The notes under the pieces were generated by a model. It saw only the letters and a program-made list of their open reading frames with translations. It was not told the origin of the DNA and did no database searches. The position numbers and the translations under genes are program-made. Below, in pieces: positions 23,556 to 34,400 of a stretch of 64,000 nucleotides of DNA (position 1 is its first letter; every line of letters starts with the position of its first letter). This DNA comes from a virus, in IMG/VR virus record IMGVR_UViG_3300044646_003076, one strand, 5' to 3'.

Positions 23556-25453
23556 TGGCCATAGTCAATCTCACTTCACTAGATTTCAATGAAATAAAAG
23601 CCTCTTTAAGAGATTATCTTAGAGCCAATTCAAACTTTAGTGATTATGATTTTGAGGGTTCTAACTTTTCTACTATTATTGATATTCTTGCCTATAATAC
23701 TTACATCTCCTCATACAATACCAACATGGTATCTAATGAGGTTTTTCTTGATTCGGCAACATTAAGAGAGAATGTTGTATCAAGAGCAAAAGAAATCGGT
23801 TATACTCCAAGATCCAGAACCGCTGCAAGAGCCAATATTAGTTTTACCGTTGACACCACTAATCTACCCATTAATCCAATCACACTGACTCTTAAAAAGG
23901 GAGTTGTGGTTACGAGTGATTCTTTTAATGGTGCTAGTTACACTTTTTCTATTCTTGAAGATATTATCGCACCAGTTATTAATAACATTGCAACCTTCAA
24001 TAACATTTCAGTTTATGAAGGATCTTTTATTGTTCAGAATTTTACCGTAGTTGATGATAATTCAAGATTTCGTCTTGATAACGAGGGAATTGATACTTCG
24101 CTTATTAATGTTCTTATTCGTGAAAGCAATCTAACAAACGTAACACAAAAATATAATCTTACTAAAAATCTTTTTAATGTAACGTCCACTTCTAAAGTTT
24201 TCTTTGTACAAGAAGTAGAAGACGAAAGATATGAACTTCTTTTTGGTGATGATATTTTTGGGAAGAAATTGGAGTCCAATACTCTTATTGATGTCTCTTA
24301 TATTATTACAAGTGGCGAAGATGGTAATGGCATCGGAACATTTAATTTCAATGGTAGAATTGTTGATAATAATGGTAGAATCGTAAATTCCGATATTTCT
24401 AAAATCACCACTAATACGCCGGCTTTTGGTGGTAAGGCTATTGAGTCTCTTTCTTCAATCAAAAAGTTTGCACCATTAAATTATTCTACACAACAAAGAG
24501 CCGTAACCGCCGCTGATTATGAGGCTATTATTCCTCAGATCTATCCGGAAGCAGAATCGGTATCGGCTTTTGGTGGCGAAACATTAACACCACCAAAGTA
24601 CGGAAAGGTTTATATTTCAATTAAGCCAATCAATGGACCATTCGTTTCTAATGGAGTAAAAGATAATATCAAGACACTACTTCGCAAATACTCTGTTGGT
24701 GGTATTGTTCCTGAGATTATTGATCTCAAATATCTTTACATTGAATTTGAGTCTGCTGTTTATTATAATTCCAATTTTTCAACATCACCTGAAACTCTTA
24801 AAACCACAATTACTAATAATATTGAATCTTACGCTAATTCTTCTGAATTGAATCGCTATGGTGCGAGATTCAAATATAGCAAGTTTCTTAAAATTATTGA
24901 CGAAAGCGATAGTGCAATAACATCAAATATTACAAAGATAACAATCCGCCGTGGAATGAAGGCGGAGATTAATAAATTCGCTTTCTATGAAATTTGTTTT
25001 GGTAATGCGATTCATATCAATAAGCAGACCGGTTATAATATCAAGTCTACCGCATTTAGAATCGCGGGTTCAAGTTATGATGTTTATTTTTCAGATAGAC
25101 CATCTAATGATGAAACTGGAACAATTTTCATCTTCCGTCTTGATGCATCTCAACAACCAGTTGTTATTAGAAACAACGTGGGAACGATAAATTACAAAAA
25201 AGGAGAGATTCTTCTTAACCCCATAAATATTACATCTACTCAAAAAACAGTAGGTTTTGATAATATTATTGATCTTAAAGTGACACCCAAATCAAACGAT
25301 GTTATTGGTCTACAAGATCTATATTTACAACTGATTACAAGTTCAAGTACAGTAAATATGCTTTCTGATACCATCTCTTCTGGTTATGATATTTCAGGTG
25401 TCAATTATGTTTCAACTTCTAGCTATTTTAACGGGGAATTAATCATCAAATAA
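23555..25453 (+). CDS. gp6: baseplate wedge subunit gp6
   Basis: LDFNEIKASL..YL...FSDYDFEGSN and RAVTAADY motifs. Confidence 0.95.
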   Translation: MAIVNLTSLDFNEIKASLRDYLRANSNFSDYDFEGSNFSTIIDILAYNTYISSYNTNMVSNEVFLDSATLRENVVSRAKEIGYTPRSRTAARANISFTVDTTNLPINPITLTLKKGVVVTSDSFNGASYTFSILEDIIAPVINNIATFNNISVYEGSFIVQNFTVVDDNSRFRLDNEGIDTSLINVLIRESNLTNVTQKYNLTKNLFNVTSTSKVFFVQEVEDERYELLFGDDIFGKKLESNTLIDVSYIITSGEDGNGIGTFNFNGRIVDNNGRIVNSDISKITTNTPAFGGKAIESLSSIKKFAPLNYSTQQRAVTAADYEAIIPQIYPEAESVSAFGGETLTPPKYGKVYISIKPINGPFVSNGVKDNIKTLLRKYSVGGIVPEIIDLKYLYIEFESAVYYNSNFSTSPETLKTTITNNIESYANSSELNRYGARFKYSKFLKIIDESDSAITSNITKITIRRGMKAEINKFAFYEICFGNAIHINKQTGYNIKSTAFRIAGSSYDVYFSDRPSNDETGTIFIFRLDASQQPVVIRNNVGTINYKKGEILLNPINITSTQKTVGFDNIIDLKVTPKSNDVIGLQDLYLQLITSSSTVNMLSDTISSGYDISGVNYVSTSSYFNGELIIK

Positions 25454-25454
25454 T

Positions 25455-28400
25455 ATGAAAATTGAACTCTCATCTATTGTAGAAAATCAGTTACCTCTCT
25501 ATGTTAGAGAAGAATATCCTTTAGCTGCAGAGTTTCTTAAGCAATATTACATATCAGATAATGCTAATAAGATCGTTCAAAATATTGATGAATATTTGGA
25601 TCTTGATGTAATTTTTGATATTCCCGAAAGCACAATTCTTTTAAATTCAATTGATTTTGACGATGATGTTATTAATGTATCATCAACAAAAGGATCTCCT
25701 GAGACTTATGGTCTTCTGAAGATTGATAATGAAATAATTACATATATTTCAAAAACTGATACATCTTTTAATGGATGCATTAGAGGATTCAGTGCAGTAG
25801 AAAGAGCAGCTTCTTCGCAACTTGTTTTTACTGATTCCAACGCGGCAATTCATAATTCAGAATCAAAAGTTTATAATCTTAGTTCATTTTTTCTTAAAGA
25901 ATTCTTTTTCAAGATCAAACAGAAAATTGCTCCGGGTTTTGAGAATCGCAATCTGTATTCTTCTCTTAACCAAGCTAATTTTCTAAAGCATCTTAAAGAC
26001 TTTTATCAATCAAAAGGTACCGAAGAATCTTTTCGTCTACTCTTTGCCGCTCTTTATGGAACCGATGTAAAACTCATTCTACCACGAGATCGGCTATTTT
26101 CAGCTTCCAATGCACAATATAGAGTTACAAAGAAACTTGTTGTTGAAGCACTTCAAGGAAATCCGAAGGAATTAGTTAATGGTACTATCTACCAAGATTC
26201 CGATGGTTTTATTCCGGAAGCAAGAGGAACCATTACCTATATTGAACAGATTATTCGCAACAATAAACCATACTTCGTCATTAGTCTAGACTACGATTAC
26301 GATAAAGATATTGATGTATCAGGTTCCCTAAAGAGTGAATTCACCGTTCATCCACAAACACTAACTCTTTCCGTTTCCACCTCTAACTCATCATTTATTG
26401 ATGTAGATTCCACGGTTGGATTTCCTGATAGCGGCACTCTCATCACAAAAAACGAAGATGGGACCGATCTTGTTATTCAATACACATCAAAGAGTTTAAA
26501 TCAATTTCTCGGTTGTAGTGGAATAACTTCTGAAATTAAACAAGGATCTTCAGTTCGGTTTGATTCTTTCGCTTATGGTTATAATTCTAATCAAGAAATC
26601 GTAAAGCTAAGAGTCACTGGAGTTCTTGATGAACCTCAATTTATTGATGATACAAATTCTTATAATCCAAAAGAGGAGTTTGAAATTGAAACTCTAGGAT
26701 TTCCTTCGGTGGATCTAAGAGCCAACGATTGGAAATTCAATATTCCACTAACTTATAATATCGCTAGTATTGAATTACTTGATTTTAGTGATCTCTCTTA
26801 TAAAGTAGAGACGATTGATAATTGTGTATTTTCTGTTGGTGATAATTGTGTATTAGTTCCACCATCTTCAATTGAGAATCCTGGAACAGTTTCCAATATT
26901 CTTAATAACAACACAATCGTCGCCAGTTTTGATTCCCCTGTTAATCTGGAACAGACTCACGTACTTAAAAAGATTATCACGAAAACTAGATTTCAAGATG
27001 CACCAGAGCTTGACATTTATAATGCCAATGTTCAAAATACCTATCTTGATTCAGATAAGAATGTATATGTTCTTTCTCCGTCACTACCTTCCTATCTGTT
27101 TGCAGAACTCACAACAAATACGGGTAAAATAACATTCTCTGGAACTTTCAATAATCAAATTGATTTACCAACCGATCATCCATTTTTTACCGGTGATATT
27201 ATCGTTTATCGTCCTGATAGTTCAACAAACAAACTTCTTGATGAAGGAATTTATTTTATTAAGAAGGTGGATGAAAAAACAATTAAACTCGCACTCAGTA
27301 GAGAAAATCTTTACAATCAAACATATGTTGAATTTTCTGGAAGTGTCACTAATAGTACATTAGAATTCTTTGAATTCACTGGTTTAAATCTCGCACCGAA
27401 GAGCATCCAACCTCAAAATCTGATTAGGAAGCTAGTCACACCAAGGCTTTCTAGTCAAAGAAATGAGACAACCTTATCTGCTGTTGGTATTCTCAAAAAC
27501 GGTGTTGAGATTATGAATTATAAATCTCCACATCAGATCTTTTATGGTCCAATAACAAAAGTTGTTGCATCTGCTCCAGGTAAAGATTATGATATTATCA
27601 ATCCTCCTACCTTAACATTAACAGATCAAAGCGGATCTGGGGCATTAATTCATCCTGCAATAACTGGTTCACTAAAGCGAATTGATCTAGTATATTCTGG
27701 ATTTGATTATATTGATGAGCCTTCAATTACAATAAAAGGGGGTAATGGTAAAAATGCCTCAGCTAAGGCTAATCTTATTGACTTTGATCATATTGAATTT
27801 TTCAATGCTAATAATGTTTCATTAACTCAAGAGATTATTGGATTTTCAACTTACCATAAATTCCGCCATGGAGAAGAAGTTGTTTATAATGCTAATGGTC
27901 AGCCTCCAGTTGGTGGATTGATTTCGCGTGAAAAGTATTTTATCAATGTTAAAAATGGCATAGAAGTATCTTTACATAAAAACCAGTCTGATGCTATTTC
28001 TGGTATCAGTAGCATCAATTTAACAACCAAAAGCACTGGACTACATTCACTAAAAGCTCTTAATAAGAAAAAGAAAATTGGATCTATTTCAGTTCTAAGC
28101 GAAGGGGAAAATTATAAGTACAGAAAAAATCTGATTACTGGTATTAACACTTCTACTGGTATTATTGAAGTAAAAGATCATAAATTTGAAAGCGGAGAAT
28201 TAGTATTCTACTACACATCTTCAACTCCATCAACAGGAATAACCAATAATACTCAGTATTATGTTAATGTTATTGATGAAAATCATGTGACATTAGCCGG
28301 AATTAATACTATCAAGTCGGATGATTTTAATTACCTCAGTGGTCAATATATCGGTATCACATCTCTCAGTTCTTCTATTCAATATCTTTCATATCCTCCT

Positions 28401-31400
28401 ATTGAAGTTGAGTTAAAAGGTAGAATCGGAGTAACGACTTTTGATTCTACAACATTTAATTCAGAAATTATTCCAATTTTCAGAGGTGGAATAGTAGATG
28501 TCACTCTTGAGTCTGGTGGCAGTTCTTATGGTTCTCAAGATATTCTAGATTATTCTATTGAACCAAAAATCACAATAACAAAAGGTAGTGGAGCACAATT
28601 AAAACCTATAATTAATAACGGGAAAATTATAGGTGTTATTATTCAATATGCGGGTTCTAATTATAAATCAACACCAGATGTAATTGTTCAAGGTGACGGT
28701 TATAATGCAATTCTAACACCAATTATTCAAAATGGTATTATTGTTGATGTAAAAATTATATCTGGTGGATTTGGTTATACCACAGAAAAAACATTCATTA
28801 CAATAAATTCTTCTGGTGAAGGTGCCCAATTTAAAACAACTATTAGATCGTGGAGAATTAATAACTTTGAAAAGCTCTATAAATCAAATTACTTTAGTGA
28901 AGATGACGGTGTTATTGCTAATGCTCTTAATCCAAATAATGGATTACAATATTATCACCTGTTTGCACCAAGAAAGCTAAGATCATCCACATATTCAAAG
29001 AATGTCTTAAATGGTGTTACAGTTTTTCAAAAGGATCTTCAAGTAGATCAAAACAATAAAGAAATAGATTCCACCGTACATTCACCAATTCTGGGTTGGG
29101 CTTATGATGGAAATCCCATTTATGGTCCTTATGGATATGCCTCAAGATTTAACTCAACCAGTATAAAACAATTAACAAGTGGCTACACACTAAAAACAAA
29201 TCTGGCACTTGAAAATGAAAATAGGCCAGATCAAAACATCTATACTGTAGGATTATTTGTAGAAGATTATGAATATACAGCTTCTGGTGATCTGGATGAA
29301 CATAATGGTCGCTATTGTGTAACTCCAGAGTTCCCAAATGGTGTTTATGCATATTTTACCACTTTTGAAGATGTTGCATCAACGTCAGGTGCATTTGCAA
29401 ACTATAAAAAACCAAAATTTCCTTATGTTATTGGTAACTCTTACTATTCTAAGGCAATTGATTTTAATTTTGATCCAAAATCAAACCAATCCCAAGTCAA
29501 TTTTAGTGATTTAGGATTACTAAGAAATACTTTACCATATAATTTGAAATCTAACAACACTAATTATGAAGGACTATTGTTACCTTATGAAGTAAAAAAG
29601 GCTATTTTTACTATAAAAACAGTAAATCCATCAAATATTAATAAAATTGACGTACTTCATGGTGGAGATGGATATAAGGTCAACGATACTATTGAACTGG
29701 AGAGCAATAATTTAGCAAAAATCTCAAAAATTAGAGGAAAATCAGTAACCGGAGTTGCCTGTTCTGAGAATTTCGTAGAAAATCTAGAACTCCTGTCTAA
29801 AAATAGTGAATTAATCGCTTATTCTACCACACCTCACCCATTTAAAGATGGCGATTCCCTATTTTTCAGTTCTTATGATGGTAAAAATACAAAACAAAAG
29901 GTAAAAATTAGAGAAAATCAGCTTATTTTATCAGTTGGAGTACAATCAAGTAGTATTACCGGAATTGTTACTCATTTTAATGTCTATGGAAATCTTTCAG
30001 AAGACGATATAAAACCAAATGATATCTATAAAATCGGAAATGAAGAAATAAAAATTCTAACGGTTGATAATATTGGGTCAAGAGTCTGGATAGAAAGACA
30101 ATATAATGGAACATCGGGGATAAACTCTTTTCCTGTGGGATTTGCTTTCACTGAAAAATCAAGAAAGTTGATTTTTTCCAATAATATTGGAATTAGTAGC
30201 AATATAATCAACAAACAGTATTATTTTAAGCCTTCTGAATCTGTGGGTCTGGGTACTACCACCACTAATAGAGTTTTTATTAGTTCTCCTGGTGTTGGTG
30301 CAACATTTATTGATATTCCAGCAAGATCAATTTATCTTGAAAATCATAATTTACAAACTAATGCAAAACTATCTTATAGTGCTCATGGAAATCAACCAAT
30401 TTCAGTTTTAATTAATGGTGTAACTGGAGTACTTCTTAACACATTTTCAAGTCTTTATGTTGCAAGATATAATGATAATTTAATTGGTCTTTCAACAACT
30501 CCCATCGGAATTGGATCTACTGGATCTTTTATTGGTATTGGTACAACCACATCTCTTTTGAGTTTTACAAATTTTGGTGACGGTTCGTACCATAGTTTTA
30601 ACACACAATATACCTCATTAAAAGGTGATGTGATTAAACAGGATATTATTGTATCAGCCGCCTCAAGTCACAATTTAAGTCTTGAAGATAATATTAATCT
30701 TTCTGTAATTTCTGGAATAACAACTCATATTAGACTAAAATATTCCGATTATAATAGAAGAATTACATCAAAAGAAGTATCAATTCAAAATGTTGACATT
30801 GACAATAATATACTAAAATTCAACGAACATTCTTTTAAAACCTGTGAAAGGGTAATCTATACTACAACATCAAGTATTTCAGGACTCAATAACAACGGAA
30901 TTTATTATGTCATATCTATAAACAAATTTAAGTTAAAACTTGCAACCTCAAAATATAATGCAGAAAATCTTATTGAAGTAGATTTACAATCTGGTGGTTC
31001 GGGTTCACTTTCGTCTATCAATCCACCTTTAAGACTTGAAAGAAATTCCACTATCGTTTTTGATCTTTCTGATTCTTCTCTTGGTTATGTAAAAAATGGT
31101 TTTTCATATTCGGCATTTTCTTTTGATGTATATTATGATCCGGAATTAAATTTCTCCTATTTTAATAATGGAAAATCTCCCCAATTAAATCTAACTTTTT
31201 CTGGTAGTATTGGAGTTAATACTGATGCAAGAGCAACTCTTAAAATAGATGAATTTACTCCTTCAATTCTTTATTATGATCTAAAGCCCCTCAATAGAGA
31301 AGTGCCTACAGTCAAATATGAAAAAGTTATTGATATTATTCAAATCAATTATAACACTCTTCGGATTGAAGAATCATCACTCAGCGGGAATTATAAAATT

Positions 31401-34400
31401 AAGTCCTTCGGAGAAGATACTTTTGTTCTAGAGTCTAGAAATCTTATTGATAATAAAACATATCTTGATGATGATAATACTTTAACTTATACAACAAATT
31501 CTGAAAGTAGCTCTGGTGCTATTGTAGAAATTCAACTCACCAAAAATAATAATAACAATTATAAACTTCCGAATATCACAAAAATTAATTCGGTAAACGG
31601 TTCGGATGCGAATCTAGAAGTATCACGAGTTGGTATTGGTTCTATTAAAACGATAACACTAAATGATATTGGTTTTGATTATTCTTCAGATTATACGGTT
31701 AAACCAAAATTAAATCTTCCAAAAATTCTAAAGTCTGAACCTCTTTATACTATTGATAGAGTTGAGGTTATCAGCACACCAGTTACTTACTATGTTCCAC
31801 CAAAACTGGTTCTTATTGATAATCACAATAATAAACCTCTACTGGATGCGGTATTCAGTTATAATACACAACAAGGAACTGTTGATATTATTAAGAACAC
31901 AAAGAATATTATTGGAACAAATCCATATATTGTTCCCACCAATAATTCTTTTGGTCTTGAGATCAGCAATATTAGTTTCAATCCAACCACTAAAGATGTC
32001 ACGGTTCAATTAAATCAAGAATTTAATGAATTATCGGAATTCCCATTTGAAGTGGGTGAAGGTGTTCTAATTGAAAATGTGATCGTAGGAGAAAATGAGA
32101 AGGGATATAATTCTTCTGGATACGATTATACACTCTTCACAATTAAAAATATTGATCCAAATATTGGTGGTATTGGTGCGACATTTGGATATAGTATGTC
32201 AGACATTCTTGAACAAAATGAAGTTTTGGGGATTTATACTGGACAAACTCTAAAAGGGAATGCCGTACCAGAAAAATACTTACCAACTTTTAATGTTTCT
32301 GTTAATCAAACAGAATTTGTTATTGGTGAGAATATCCATTGCGATGGTTCTAGTGGTATTATCGTTGATCAAAATTTAAGCAATAATTTTATCAAAGTTC
32401 TAACCAAAGATGATCTAAAAATTGGAAGTAAATTAACAGGACAAACTTCTAAGACTAATATTATTATTTCCGATATTGTAGACTTTGAAGGTTATTTAAA
32501 TGTCAAATCAACTTCTACCGTTATTGATGGTTGGAAAAGAGAAACGGGTTTCTTTAATAATAATTTACAGCGCATCCACGATAATGATTATTATCAGTAT
32601 TTTTCATATTCTTTAAGTTCTGATGTTGAATACTCCAAGTGGAATGAAGTTGTTAGCGATCTGGTGCATCCAGCAGGATTCAAGAAATTTAGTGATTTAA
32701 CTGTTTATTGTGAATCACCAGAAACCGAGTTCGCTAGTACACTTGATGTTGAAGTTACTCCTATTGTTGATATTGAAATTGATCTAAATCTTAACTGTGT
32801 TGATAATTTTGATCTAGTTAGAGAAAATTCATTTATTATTGATGATGAATTAGCGTCCAATGAGATATATTTTAATTCAACATTATTGCAAGATTATGTG
32901 GAATCCATTGGTAATAGAGTTATAAGTATTGATGACTTTGTTCTAGATTTTTCTAATCCACCGAATGATATTGAATCAGTGGCATTAGATTCATTCAATA
33001 AAAACGACTATTACTATAAGCGCTATTTTATTTCAGTTCGGGATAAATGGTATCAAGAAAAATCCAATCTTATTATTGTCAACGTTCTCCACAATAATAC
33101 TGAGGTTGATAGCAATCAATATGCCGAATTATACACTGAGGATTCTTTTGGATATTTTGATGCCACACTCACTAATAATAATTGTGACCTCCAATTCTAT
33201 CCTGAAGATTTTGAGGGTTCCAATTATTACCTAGAATCGCTGTCTTATGGCATTGGAAAAAATACATTAGGTGTCTCAACTGTCAATCTTGGAAATATGG
33301 CTCGGATTGAATATTCAGGTTCAATTCACCCAGTTGGAATTGCTACAACAACTATCGTCGGTATTTCATCTTCAATTCTGGCAGCTAAAATTATTGTTGG
33401 AATTGCTTACACCAATAATTCTCATTATGAGGTTGATGAACTTAATCTCGTTCATAATGGATCAACAATTAGACTTGTTAATTATGGAGAACTTGTTTTA
33501 TCATCAATCTCTTCGGGTATCGGAACTTATTACGCTTATTACACTGGAAATAAAATCAATATTGATCTGATTCCAAATGTTGTAGGAACTGGTACTCAAT
33601 ATTATTTGAATACCATAACCAATACTATCAGTAATATAGTCGGAGTCGGCTCAACCGCGATAGGTCAAAGTATTATTGTTTCATCTGCTAGTACGACATC
33701 CTTAGGTATTGCAACAGAAGTAGTCAGATATTCTAACAATAATAGTGGATCTTATAGTATTGTTTCTATTGATAATCTAACAAATTTAACTTCGTCGGTT
33801 GTTGAATTTACATCCCTTTATAATAAAAAAACCAACAATACGGTTTACACTTCTTATGCCGAGAATGTAACGAACGGTTCCTTAGGAATCATCAGCAGTT
33901 ATGTGAAAAATGATAACATTATTGTTGAATTCAAACCTAATAATTCGGATTCATATTCAATTAGAGCAATCAATAATATTCTAGCTACATCTCAAGACAA
34001 AACTTCAGTTGGAGTTAATACATCATTTGTTATTGAAACCGATTACTCTCAATATGACGCTAGAAATTATGGTTTCGTGGATAATTTTGAAGCTCTCCAT
34101 AATGAAAATCCTATTTTCTCAAAAACTTTTAATGGAGAATCGGTTAATAATGTTTTAATTTCAGAAAATAAAATCCGACTTCCTAATCACTATTTTGTTA
34201 GTGGTGAAGAAGTTACTTATGAATATGATTCATCTCCGATTGGAATCGGTACTACTTTTATTGTTGGTATTGGCATAACTACGAAATTACCATCTAAGAT
34301 CTTTATTATTAAGGTTGATGATCTTGATGTGAAAGTTGCAGCATCTGCGAGTGAGGCACTTTCTCTACCACCTAAACCATTGACGATAACTTCAATCGGA